DNA from: Adineta vaga
Lineage: Eukaryota; Animalia; Rotifera
Direction of reading: 5' to 3'
NCBI GenBank assembly: GCA_021613535.1
Contig: CP075496.1
Coordinates: 5,394,001-5,458,000, forward strand
DNA length: 64,000 nucleotides
Positions 39,323 to 52,900 of this stretch are shown here, one piece after another (position 1 is the stretch's first letter; each line of letters opens with the position of its first letter). The notes below the pieces were generated by a model. The model saw nothing but the letters and a program-made list of their open reading frames with translations, was not told the DNA's origin and ran no database searches. The position numbers and the translations under genes are program-made.

Positions 39323-41711
39323 CTATGTTATTGTTGTTACTGGATCTTTTTCCATTTTAATCATACTTGTTGTATTGCTATTCTTTTCTGTACATTTTCG
39401 TTCTAATTCAAGTAATTCTCTATACAAAAGACAAACAAATACATTCTTTCGAATCAATTTTTCTACACATACTGCCGTAATTTATTGACATATGACCGAA
39501 GTTGAATTTCTTTTTCTTTAATCAATAAATATTCATCCCAAACTTCACGTTGTGGTGTTTGATTTTCATAAAATCGTAGATATAAACTACGCCAAAGAAT
39601 CTATAAGATAATTATATCCGATATTAAACTTGAGAAAACGAATCAATATCGATTTCGAAACTTACGATACTTGGTGCTGCAACACTTGGCCATAGAACAT
39701 GTAGATTTGGTTCATAGAAAGGATTTAAAAATGTATGAAGAATTTCTGGTCGATTAAAATATGACCAAAGTGATACGGTATGTTTTATACCATTGTATTT
39801 CTTTTTCTCTTTTTCATTATTAAAAATAAATGTACCTATTTGTAAATAACAATAGAGAAAAAGACATTTTTCCATTCTATCTTACCAAATTTAGATGAAT
39901 ATGCATGTTGAAATAATTCGATTAATAATGCATCATTGAATTCAAATGAACAAGCAAATTGTTGTAAAAGCTAGTAAATATGAAATGAAAAAATAGAGAA
40001 ATGAGAATGAAATTCTTTCTTACCTGCCAAGTACAATCAAGAAAAAGTGTAAATAATGGTGATTCTTGCCCATGTGAAGTTTTACCAAATGCAGATCGTG
40101 TACAACGTACACGAAATGGATGTCCAGCTTGAATCCATTCACGTTCAATTAATGCTTCAAAGCTATAAGTTAACACAAAAAAGTGAATATGGAATTTTCT
40201 ATGTAATATTATTTTATTGTACCCGGTAATTGTACGACAATCTGGATCAAGTAAAATTTGTGCTAAACTTGTTATAAGTAATGTTGTATCCCATCCATCA
40301 CTACCATGAACAACAACTGACGTTTCTAATTTAAATAGTTAACATAAAAATTAAGAATTGAATTATTCCTGTTCAAGTTCGTTATACCTTCACAATCAAT
40401 TGTTTGTGCAACAATACAAGCTGTTGTTAATGCTTCTTTAACATGAAGTAACCAATTGCTACTTTCTAATTTTGATAACCAGCGATCTTTTTCTGATTGA
40501 TCAGTACATGCTAAAATAATCAAAAGATTATTCTTTTCTTAGTATATGATTCAATCTTTACCATCCATTAACTTCATAAATGATTCTTGTAAAACATTTT
40601 GTTTATCTAAATGTCGATGATGTCGTTTCCAAAGTGCATAATGCTGATCGGGTTCACATCCTCCACCTTTACAAATATGATTAATTGAAGAAGAAAAATA
40701 GATAGGACGAATTCTATTTTACCTTTACTCTGTGCATTTTTGACGATATTTTGATGACGTGTATCAAGTATCCATCCTTTTTTATGTCGTTGAGTAAGCA
40801 TTGCATTGACAAGCCCTTCATCTTCCTTACATCGACGTACACTAGGACCAACTAATGGTTGTGCACATCGAATAAGACATGATTTTGATGATTTATGTAA
40901 ATAACATAAAATTGGAAAACGACCATAACTACGGAATGATGCTGAACGTTTAAGAAAATCATCAGTAATCGATTTTGGAACTACTAGTCGTTCTGGATAG
41001 GTTTCACAGATCTAAAATAATATATATTTTAGAAGAATATCGAGCGAATTCATAGAATGCTATTACTGCAAAATCTTTATTGACATCACTAATACGCCAC
41101 TCATCACTTATTGCTTGTAATCGGCTAAATTCCGATTCAACAGAAAAAGCCGTCCAACCATCTTGAATGACTTCAAAATCACGCGGAAAACAAAATGGAA
41201 ATAGAAATGTTACATCACATGTTAATCCATCTAAATAGTGAAATAATAAATAAATATCAATGAGAACAGACAGAAATCGAACTCCTATACCTGTATTAGT
41301 TATAAGTGCATCTAATGATTCAGCTAATTTAATTGCATCGTCCAAAACTGGAACATCAAAATAACATGTTTCCAAAGTTTTCAAACGAACAATGATTGTA
41401 TAAATCGAAGAAAGCGATGGCGATAATGGTAATTGAGAACGAAACTCATTTTTCATTGGAAATTTTGGTTGTATAGCATCCATATTGGTATAAAATATCT
41501 ATCGAAAATTGTATCCAATCATACTCATATTCTTGTAACAAAAAACAAAGAACTATCTTACCCAAAGTTCTTTGTAGTTTCCATCAGCTTGCTTATGTGT
41601 AATGATAACATTATGCAATGTAACATTCAAGATCGATTCGGGATACGATTGTAGATGATCACGAAAAATTAGATTTCTTACACAAGGAATTCGAATTAAA
41701 TCTGTAACCAT
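39323..41711 (-). CDS. MTMR9: Myotubularin-related protein 9 (pseudophosphatase), multi-exon
   Basis: GRAM-like N-terminus, WRISDVNKDFA..TYPERLVVP, FRSYGRFPILCY, WILDTR, KGGGCEP, WLSKLESSNWL, inactive site VVHGSDGWDTTL, EREWIQAGHPF, ESPLFTLFLDC, HAYSSKFGTF, FLNPFYEPN..LWPSVA, C-terminal coiled coil. Confidence 0.92.
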
Positions 41712-41761
41712 CTGAAAAAAAAGAACAATGATCAATAACAACAAACGATAGTTTTTTTATT
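41712..41761 (-). promoter_or_regulatory. Poly(A) signal + U/GU-rich tract + unpaired 3' splice acceptor abutting the MTMR9 ATG (candidate intercistronic / trans-splice element)
   Basis: Minus strand reads TGA aaatttcga AATAAA aaaactatcgtttgttgttattgatcattgttctttttttcag ATG. Confidence 0.6.
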
Positions 41762-41769
41762 TCGAAATT

Positions 41770-43432
41770 TCAATTCGTTGTCACTCTTATTGTACTTGTT
41801 GCTGTAAACTTATACAATAAAATATACAATAAACCTGGTAAAAAAACAGTAGGTAACAGAATTAAATGATATTCATTTTCAAATTGTGTTAAACTAATTA
41901 AACCACAAAGAAGAAGAATCACATGAATGAGATAGATAATCCAATTTTGAATATTTCCACAGAGTTTTCGTACAAAAGGAAGCCAATCATTTTCTCCATT
42001 GGCAATTAAAGTAAAATGAATGGCGTTGAGTAATACAGCACTAGTAATCGTCAAAATTGGAAAAGAAAAATCTTTGAAAAAAAACCCGAATATCAATAGA
42101 TTTCAATAGAAAACTTCAATAACTTACAAATAAGTCCACCGCATAGAGCATGTAATAATAGTAAACATGGATAAAAATGAAGAGCACTATAAATCGACGT
42201 GGAAATGAATTTTTGATGAATTATAGAAACAAAAAATGGCCGAATCAACAACATAATTACACTGGCATATGTATATAAAACAAAAATTGCACTTTGCCTA
42301 AAAACATGAAAGAAAATTTCAATGAATGGAAAAAAAAGGAAACCAAATATTTGATCATACAATGGATAAACAACTTCGTAAGAACAGCGTAATTTTTTTC
42401 GATAATTTACAATTGGATTATGAAACATAGGATAAAAATCACTGAGTAATTTCACGTGACATACATTCATTGTTAATTTACCAATTGGTGGAAATGTTAA
42501 TAAAGTAAAAATAAATGCAAGAAGAATTTCCAATATGGATAAAAAATAAAGAATTGTTTGTCTAAATACAAAACAAACGATGTTCTACTATTATAATTAA
42601 ATTTAAGTGCAGTATTTCTTTTCTCAATTTATTAACTTGCTGAGTTATCAGTATCGAAACTCTTTTACCCTTTCGGTTATCTTTAATATTGGTTTGTATG
42701 TATGAATGATTCATAATATATTAGATGTAGTTCATACAGTATCATAGTACTCGAGGACTACTTGACTTTTATAACTGACAAAGAATCGGATCGCACTCAA
42801 GATCAATTCGAAGGCTCTATAGAAAATGAGATCAATGTACTAGTCATTCTTTCTTTATGTCCTTCAATCACTATTATAATAACATGAACGATCGTTTTCT
42901 TTTACACATTCTATTCGTCTTTCTCAATATTTATTCTAATGAATAAAAATTCTGGACAGACTGTTTTATAAATAAATTCAAAACAACATTTTTTACATAA
43001 ACATTCGTCAATAAGCTCTTTCAAAACCCATCTCGAACACACCAATATTCAAGTTCGTTCATTAATTAAAAGCTCTCAAATTATTCCTATATTAATATTG
43101 ACATACTTGACTAAAGTAAATTCTCGTTGTTTCTTCTTTTGTAGACGATTAATAAAATACCAATGAAAACTCAATGCCAATAATGTCATAAACACAATAT
43201 ACATAAAATCGTACAATGATAATGTTTCATCACATAATTGACATATACCTTCACTATTTACACGATATCCACGTTGACATGCCTTAAGAATTGACAAAAG
43301 AATATTTACATAGAAGAACAACTTTCAAAATTGATCATATCTCACCCCACAATTTGTACTATTAATTAGATAGCCACAATATTTGCCAGGACAAAATGAA
43401 ATTTTGGATTTTTCCACTAAATTCCTACTCAT
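41770..43432 (-). CDS. JKAMP: JNK1/MAPK8-associated membrane protein (JAMP)
   Basis: CPGKYCG..CG|ACQRGYRVNSEGICQLC..LSLYDFMYIVFM..FHWYFI, C.VKLLSDFYPMFHNP, CSYEVVYPL, IYSALHFYP, LCGGLI, LYKFT. This is the characteristic JAMP sequence. Confidence 0.9.
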
Positions 43433-46398
43433 GAGATAATTTGATAAACATCTAACAAACAAGATATATATGTAGATTGATGAATTCAAACACACACAGA
43501 CATACAACTAGTTGCATTTATGATAGGTTGACGTAAAGAACGAATCGAAAAATATCAACGTTTTTAATTGGTTTTTCGACTCACCAATCATCAATAATCT
43601 TTCAAATAACAAAGAAAAAACTTAACAAAATCCATTTCGTTCTTGTTCTTATTAATTTTCACAAGAAGGATTTTTCTTTCAATATCGATTATTAAATTAT
43701 CTCGAATGATTATCTAAACTCCAAATGATAGAGGTTAAGCGAAAAAAGAAAGAACAGAGACCCTTTCTTTTCCTTTTTTATGTGCCTCTTGACAACCCTT
43801 TCTTTCTTCTCATTCTTTCTGAGCATGATAGCGACCGATGTGACGGGGCGAATTTGTTTGCTTTTCTTCGTTCCTTCTCTTGAGTATTGCTACAAGTATA
43901 GTGTATTGTTGCTGTAGATGTTTTTTCGTCGACGAGAGAATCGTTCTATGATTCATCGTATCATTCTTCCTTTTCTTTTTCTCTCGATTTTCACCCTCTT
44001 TTTCTATTCTCTGTTCTAACAATTCGTCGTCGTCTGCTACCACCACTACCAACATCACCATCAACTACAAGATGATCAAATCATCGCGGCCTATGCAAAC
44101 AGCATCGTTTTTTCCTTCTTCTTTCTTTTTTCTCTATTCTTTCTATCCGACGACCGCTCGTGCGGTGAAGCCTTCTGCTCGTCTATATGTTCGTTTATGC
44201 ATACATACATATATATATCTCTCTAAATATATGTAGAACGCTATAGAATATATATGTTTGTATGTATTTTCTTATCCATTAGACATTTTCGAATGACCCC
44301 GTCGTTCATTTCAGTATTACGGGCATTGATATTGAGAAAGAATGGAAAAAGTCAATTTTTGTTCTGCTTTGGTATTTAATACACGTGTTTCTTGTGGCTT
44401 TTTTTCTATTGACATTCGTAATAACGTATCAAAGTAAAACACAGACAAAAGTATGTATATTGAATAATAACCTATATAAAGATAAACTAATATTGATTCA
44501 TTTAGATTTATTGCACCGGATGAACATCAATTTGATTTCGATCATATACGATAAATTGGGTAGGCGATCATCGCCAACAGAGAATTTCTATATGCTTCTT
44601 TATGTCTCGATGAATACGCTTATTGAAAGCATCATACGATTCATGAAAGCATGATGGAAAATCTTGGCAAAGTTATGAACTGAAAATAAGAGCATTTTTT
44701 TTAATTGATAAAATAAATAAAGAAGTGATCAATCGTCTTCTGGTTAGTGCAAATGCACAAAGAACTATTAGATGATTTGATGCAATGAATAGTGTAATTG
44801 AATGAATGAAAGATTCCATACTTGAAATTGGACATCAGTATGAGATCTTGTAGGAAAGAATCAACGAATATAGGTGGATGATCGTTTCTCTTCACATGGC
44901 TATTTTGAGAATTTTCATAGAGGTTTGAATTACATTAGTGTGCTGCATGATTAGAGAATGAATAAATATGTTAACTATTTGAAGTAGTTGAATGAATGAA
45001 GATTCTATTGAAATTATGTAACGTATAGTTTGCGAAAGTAATGAAAGTTGATTAAATTTATGATAATTGTAAGAAGCATGTTAGTTTGAGAATGGATAAA
45101 GAATATGAGATATGTGAAACATATGTAGTAGTCATTAATGAATATAAAGCTGATATTTCGATGCAATATTCTGTTAATTAACTATGCTGATGGAGGAAAA
45201 CAGAGCTTTGATTTTGTTTGTCTCGAAAATTTCTATTACTGATAGTAGTTTTTGGTCAACATGCTTTTGTTCACTTCTCTCTCTGGAATCTCTGTACGTA
45301 CACGTTTTGAAAGTATGTTTCAAGAAGAGTTTACATGTGTACAGAATTGGTTTTGAACATGAAAAAAATATCAAGTAAACTACAGAAAAATTGGTGTTAG
45401 ATGTTGATTGCAGTCACAATACGATGACTGAGTTGATCACTTGCAGTTTAATTTTGAGATAAATTGTTGGCAACAATGAAACAATGGCATGGTCGGAAGG
45501 TTTATATTAGTTGTTTTGTTTTGAAATTTAACATCTGACACGAATGACGAGTATTCTCTGCATACTATTGCCTCAATTGTCACCCGAATTATACGATAGT
45601 CGTGATAATTGAAGTCGTAGTACATAGAGGAAGCTCTTATACATTCAAGAAGAAAATTAAGTATTGAAGTAAGAAAAACTGGACGAATATGACTAATCGG
45701 GCTCCTTATTCTTACTATTGTTTTATACTGTAGTCGACATTTTTCAAATCTACAGTATTCTACAGTAGTAACATGAGTGATGTCATTAGACGACCATTAT
45801 ATTTAAACTCTGGTCTGTTTACTATTGCTTCAACTGCCAACTGACTCACTTTCAAATCTTGGCGTTTGTTACATTGGTAAACAGATCCAGACAACTGTTC
45901 GTTCGATAATAGATTCGTCGAATGAATGAATAGATGAAGCAATTTATGAGGAATTTATCAGTCGTCTTATAAAGAACTGATTCAGAAACGAAGAAAAATT
46001 ACGTTTCGACATGTTACATATTTAAATAATCATTTCAGAAGATCTTTTACCTTATTATTATTGGTTTCGATCGTTGATTTTACACAAGGAAGAATTTATT
46101 AACATTTGATGGAAAAGCAATGTTGATTTTCGTTGTACTGCTCATTGAATATGTTTAGTCAACATAACACATATTAATTTAGCTGAAAATAAGTAAACTA
46201 CAATGAATTTTTATTCGATGGTTACTGAGAATACAGATATGTTTCATATGAACAGATTAACTGTCCAACAAAGAAATATGACATAAAATTTAATTTGATA
46301 ATCATATGCTAGCATTATAATTGATTGTACTCTCGCTGAATTTATTTAACATATATTCTTTTTAGACAAAACACAATTAGTTTTTTTGGAATGCATTT

Positions 46399-47210
46399 TT
46401 AAGATAATGTGTTTATATTTAATTTTTCAAATTTGTGAGTAACAATATTTGAATGAATCAAATAATTTTCATGTTGATTTACAATAGGTATTGGTCCGAT
46501 AAAACGAAGTGCTTCATAGATAATCAATTGAATTGTTTCTGCTAGATTTTCAATTGTAAAACTCTTATCTAAATCAGGTATATGAATAAAAATAGTTCGG
46601 TTCGAATCGATGAACAATGATTGATAATAGATATATTCGCAAAGATATCTTAAGAAAAGAAGAGAATCGAAAGGTTCATCATTTATATTTCATATTTTCT
46701 ACCTTCCGGCATTTTCGGAAACCACGATTGGTAAATTAATTCGACGTCGAACACACGCACAAATATCGTTCAATGGAACATGTGTCATGAGAACGTTTGG
46801 TGCATTATTTTTAATACATTGTCCTGTTTCTGGTACAATACCATTTTTATCAGCATGACAATAGCCAGTATTACAAGCATATTTTTCTAATCGAATTTCT
46901 CGTGCACCTTTGGCAACACCGATATGTATGACTAACTTTTAAAAAAATGCAACTGATTTGTCTTACGTGTTGAAGATATTTACTAACTTACTGTTGGATT
47001 ATATTGAATCCAATAATCAGGAACTTGTTTTGTGACATCATCATAAGTTACCTGTATTTGGTGAAGAATAATATGCAATGGACGTGTCCATTCAAGAAAA
47101 GTTTTTAATGCTTTAGCAACTTCCCAACTTGGATTATTGAGTACTGAACGAAATGGACCAAAACCAGTAATAAGAATAATCGGAATATTTGATCGTTGCG
47201 ATGAATTCAT
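46399..47210 (-). CDS. PGPEP1: Pyroglutamyl-peptidase I (peptidase C15), 3 exons
   Basis: ILITGFGPF..NPSWEVAK, LVIHIGV, RLEK (catalytic E), NAGR|YLCEYIYYQSL (catalytic C), IFIHIP (catalytic H). Confidence 0.92.
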
Positions 47211-49937
47211 TACAAAAAACAAAAATAAAGACTATTTTTTCTAGAAAAATAAACAAAGAAAATAGATCGAAACATTTCTAAGGCAACTAAAGATTGATTG
47301 AAATAAATCTATATATAGTTATATATATTCAATCGAGAAACAAAAGAAAGAGAATTCTGTTTTTAGTCCATTGTAAAAAGTCGAAATTATCTTTCTATTA
47401 ACGGAACTTATTTTCCATTTAGAAGAAAACCGTTTCCGTTAGGTACCTAATCAATATTAATCATATTCGAACAAAAGATCGATACAAGTTATATAAGACA
47501 TGTTACCGAAAACAACGAGTAAATGTACTATTTCATAATACTGAATTGAAAAATTCTTAGAAACAAAGAATTTCATATTTAACACATACGATTCGATCAT
47601 GTAACAAAAAAAGCAAACTATATAAGACATGTCGTAAGACTGATGAACATGAATTACAATGTCTCCGAAAAATAATCTCGTCGACAACAATGCAGTAAAT
47701 CGTAAATAGTGCAAAACATATTTGTTTGATTAGTAGATATAATCGAACTAGACAGATAAAAAACCTCGAACTGAAATTCGATTGGAGTTGAATGTCGTGT
47801 AGAAAGACATAGTAATAAAATGTCGTCTTTTTGCATGAATGATATTTGTTTTAACTATCAATCATCTTTGCTTGACACAACACACTAGTTTTAGAAGAGT
47901 CTAGATAAAAGACCAGTTATTCTTCGTGCATATTGAACACTGACGTCGCATTGAATTGAGCTTTCCATAGATCAAACTATATGATTAAAAACATCATGCA
48001 TTTTTCTTCTTCGCATTTAATCAGAGTAGAAAGCTCGAGTAAAAAACCCTTTTTTTTCTACATTCTAATAGATATATGATTAGAACTGGTGTGAGATGTA
48101 ATCCAATATGATGGGAAAACGGCTTATCATATGACATAAAAAAACGAGCACAAATGATTGTCTATATTATAAAAGAAACCCTCGTACAGATGAGAAGACG
48201 AAATTTGATGATATTCATTAAATTTTTATACTGCAGATAGAGTTATTTTTGCATCGGAAAACGCATATAAAATTTCAATCAAACACGTTAGAAAACCAAT
48301 TCATTTTCCTTCTTTCTTTCTTTCTTTCTTTCTAAGGAAAAACTCTTCTATTCAGCAATGATTTCCTCTCAAAAATATATGTGACAATGTCTTCAAGAGA
48401 CTATACCGAGAGACGGGTATACTTCAATTTAATTACGTATTTCGATGAAATACTCAAATGCTTTTAGATGTCAAAAAAATATTACCGTGCAGTTATTTAA
48501 AAAATATCATGCATCGTAGAAAAAGAACTTCGAAGAATTCTTTGTTATTAACTAGGGAGGAAGAAAATGTAAGATGGAGTTTTTTCTTCTAATAATATAT
48601 CAACTTATTGATGATAGAAGTTGTGACTACTCAAGAGTTTCATTAAAATAAATAATTAATAAATAGAAAGTTCACTTCGAGGTTAAGTTTTATATCCAAT
48701 CAACAGGTAGAACGATGAAATAAGAGTGTAAATAAGATAACATTAAAACTGCTAGGTATTTTATTAAAATAAGCATGATAAATCATTTCTAACTACGTAG
48801 ATAATTACCGAAAGTACATAGGTCGTAAAAAATTCTTATTTTTGTTATCCAAAAACATATATTTATTTATGACATAGATAAATATCCCTTTCGTATCAAC
48901 GTTAAATATTTTCTGATAAAGAAAGAGAGTTGAGCAAAAAACGGATTCTCTATTTCCAGTCTAATAAGTTTCTCATTGAAATCAAAGAGGGAAAATATCC
49001 TTCGATAATTTTCTTTTTCTTGAATATTTTCTATTTCTTCTTTATAGAAGTATTTACGTCTTTTCATTCTTTTTTTCTTTCCAGTTGACATGCACGCAAG
49101 GTAGTAAATTAACAATAGAAAAGTAACAGAAATAATTCCTGGCATTCCTTTGATTTCATGCTTGTTCGACGCGATTAGCAGTTCTTTTTTCATCCATCTC
49201 ATCGAAAATCTTGTTCTACATCACGTCATAATTAGTAAGATCAGTTCTATGAGAACGATAGATTTACTCATTTTATCTGAACGGATGTTTTTCTCCTTTT
49301 GTTTTCGAGGAAAAATCGTCGATATTATCGAGAAAAAGAATGAACGAGAGTAGATATTTTGGTATTTTGAACATTTGTTCCGTTATTTCCGATGAACAAG
49401 AAGCGCGTCGAACACATTTGCCCTCGTTTGCAACTCCTCTTTTCTTTCTCTTAGCACGCTCACATATATACCATGCCATCCTATTCTTATTTTCCCCCTT
49501 CTATATGGGATCTTTAGAATTGCTCGGGTGCACAAGATGACGATGTTAGTATAGACGTTTCTCGACTGGTTTCTTCATTCCATTCGTATACAATGATGAA
49601 AGAGCGAATGAGCGATGGCGATAACAACACAACACGAAGAGAAACGAGGAAAAGAGAGAAGAAGAAGAAAGACAAAGGAAAAAATTATTCGCCTTAGATT
49701 CTCGGCTTCGCCCATATTTATCAATCGACATTTGAGTTTATTGTTTTTCTTTTCAGAAGACCATCATCATTTTCTTCTTTTCCTTCCCTTATTCTTACGA
49801 AAACAGCAATTCAACCCAAAAATCTGAACGGAAGTGAACAAGCCGTGAAATGATGTTGCGAAATTAGTTCAACGAACAAATCAACTATAGATATCAGTAT
49901 CATTCACTAGCAATAAAGAAAAACGACAATTTTATCC

Positions 49938-52900
49938 ATGGGTTTCTATTACGATTTATGTCTATTCACATTCCTTCTGTCCACTGTGCATTCCATAATT
50001 TTACCAATTTTAACAAAAGATTGGCTAATTGAGTTTCATCAACATGTAGAACCAGAAGCAGCAAAACGTATTGCTAAGCGATACGCTATGGTTTCTCGTG
50101 GACCGGTATGACACATTTTCAATAGATGAAAAAGATAATGAAAATTTATGTTGCATACATTGCTTTCTTCAGGTTTTAAAAGACAAAAGTTTATATCATT
50201 TTGTCGATCTTAAACCGTCACATCCTCAAACAAGAAAAAGACGAGATGTTGCGCAAGAACAATTTATTCAACGAAATGAACTTGTAAATAATATTTTCAT
50301 ACATTTTATATTTTGAATTTTGTTTTTTGTCTATTCATAGATCAAACAGGCTATTCATCAAATTCCTCATACCCGCGCCAAACGTGGTTATCGTTCACCT
50401 GATGAATTTAAAAAGGAGTTTCCAAAATATCAAACTCCAACGGATCCTTATTTTCAATACCAATGGTACTTGGTAAGTTATTCTTTGCTTCTAATGGAGT
50501 CAAAGCAGTTCGAAAAAAATTCCATTAGAAAAATGTTGGACAAGCCGGTGGTAAACCACGACTTGATCTGAATGTTGAAGAAGCTTGGGCACTTGGATAT
50601 ACCGGTAAAAATGTCACAACAGCCATTATGGATGATGGTATCGATTATACACATCCTGATCTTATGCACAATTATGTATGTTAATTGATCATGACAGACA
50701 TCCTTTTACTTCTTATTAATATATTTTAGAATGCAGCAGCTAGTTATGACTTTAGTAGCAATGATCGATATCCATATCCACGTTATACAGACGACTGGTT
50801 TAATAGGTAGAGAAATATTTAATAAGAATTTCTTCGTTTAAAACATAGGTAATAAATTCTAGTCATGGAACACGTTGTGCCGGTGAAATTGCTGCAGCTC
50901 GAAATAATAATATTTGTGGCGTTGGTGTTGCCTATGATTCAATGGTGGCTGGTAAATATTTCGATAATCTTAAAATTTAATTTTTCACTTATAATTTAAT
51001 AGGTATTCGAATGTTAGATCAACCGTATATGACTGGTAATGATAGATAATAAAAAAGAAGATTAACACAGAAATTATATTGATTATCTCTTTCTTCTAGA
51101 TTTGATTGAAGCAAATTCAATGTCTCATGAACCTAATATAATTGATATCTATTCAGCATCGTGGGGTTTGTAGACATATATATTATGCTAAACTATTTAT
51201 TGACTCAATGAATTGTTCTAGGACCAGTTGATGATGGCAAAACAGTTGATGGACCAAGGCATGCAACAATGAAAGCTATTGTTAAAGGAATCAATGAAGT
51301 ATGTCAATATACACTGAATAAATTATCTATATAAATATCTATGCATCATCGAAAACTTATGTTTTGATTTTTAGGGTCGACATGGTCTTGGTATGGCAAA
51401 CTATTGTCTAATTCTTTAGATGTTTTCTGATGAACTTTTCTTTAGGTTCATTATACGTATGGGCTAGTGGTGATGGCGGTGCGAATGATGATTGTAATTG
51501 TGATGGTTATGCTGCCTCTATGTGGACAATTTCAATTAATTCAGCAATCAATGATGGTCGAACAGCACTTTATGATGAATCATGTTCATCAACTTTAGCG
51601 TCAACCTTTAGTAACGGTCGTAGTGAAGACCCAGAAGCAGGTAATTCTTTCATTAATAAGATTTCTTCGTTGTTCACAATTGTTCTATTATTATTGTTAG
51701 CGATAATCTAGGTAATATATGTGAAAACGTATGTTTGCGTGCTTAAGAGAAACTATAATGTTTTCTGCCAGGAAATAATTACCTCTTTTGTGTTGAGAAA
51801 AAAAAAGACGTAAATCAACTGATGAAATAAAACATTTGGATAAAAAGAACAAGATCAAAACTGTTTGTTTTCCTTTCTCATTCAATTAGGAGTCGCAACA
51901 ACTGATTTATACGGTCAATGTACTTTGAAACATTCAGGAACATCAGCAGCAGCACCAGAAGCAGCTGGTGTATTTGCACTTGTAATTGAAGCAAAGTATA
52001 AAACGAACCTCTTTCATTTCTAAAGAATTTTCTTCCTCGTTTTTTCTTTATGTAGTCGTCAATTAACATGGAGAGATATGCAACATTTAACAGTTTTGAC
52101 AGCAAAACGTAATCAACTCTTTGATCCTTCAAAACAACATTTATGGCATATTAATGGAGCTGGATTAGAATTTAATCATCTATTCGGTTTTGGTGTACTT
52201 GATGGTTTGTTGGTTTATCTTTTGATTATAGGAATCTAATTTGATTTGATTTCTAGCCGGTGATATGGTTCGACATGCTAAAGAATGGAAGTCATTACCA
52301 ACTCGATATCATTGTGCTGCTGGTAATATAACTGGAAAACGGTCAGTACTTATTCTTCAATTAGTTATTTTTATATTTTCTCTTTGTTTTGAACAATAGA
52401 TCAATACCTGAACAAGGTATATTAAAATTAACAATCAATACAGATGCATGTAAAAATACGAAAGATGAAGTAAATTATCTCGAACATGTTCAAGCATTCA
52501 TTACATTGAAAACTAGTCGTCGTGGCAATACGGTTATATTTATTACATCACCACTTGGTACAAGGTATAGTTGATGAAGATAATTGTTCAATATATATTT
52601 TTAAAATGAAAATTTTCTTTTAGATCATTAATTTTAAGTCGTCGTCCATTAGATGCTGATTCAACCAAAGGTTTCTTTAAATGGCCATTTATGACAACAC
52701 ATGCATGGGCTGAAAAAGCTCAAGGTACATGGACACTTGAAATTCGTTTTGACAACGAAGATAATGCTGATGCACCATTAACGAATCAACAAAATCAAAC
52801 GAAGTCGGACAAAAAACAAAGCAAAAATTTAACTACCGGTGATTTCTTCGAGTGGTCATTAGTATTACATGGAACAAAAACTGCGCCTTATGCCGATCAA

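Noticed and set aside
5841-43432. Apparent functional clustering (two PIP5Ks + MTMR9; MAPK phosphatase + JKAMP)
   Set aside because: The genes are far apart and interspersed with unrelated ones; plausible by chance in a gene-dense genome.
47400-47850. Direct repeat tatataagacatgt (~47490 and ~47619) within stop-interrupted coding-like sequence; possible decayed transposon or pseudogene
   Set aside because: No terminal inverted repeats, target-site duplication or recognisable transposase/RT motif could be found by eye.
48121-48140. ggcttatcat..., resembling the start of the rotifer spliced-leader sequence as I recall it
   Set aside because: The match ends after about 7 nt, with no donor or Sm site following. 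Not an SL RNA gene.
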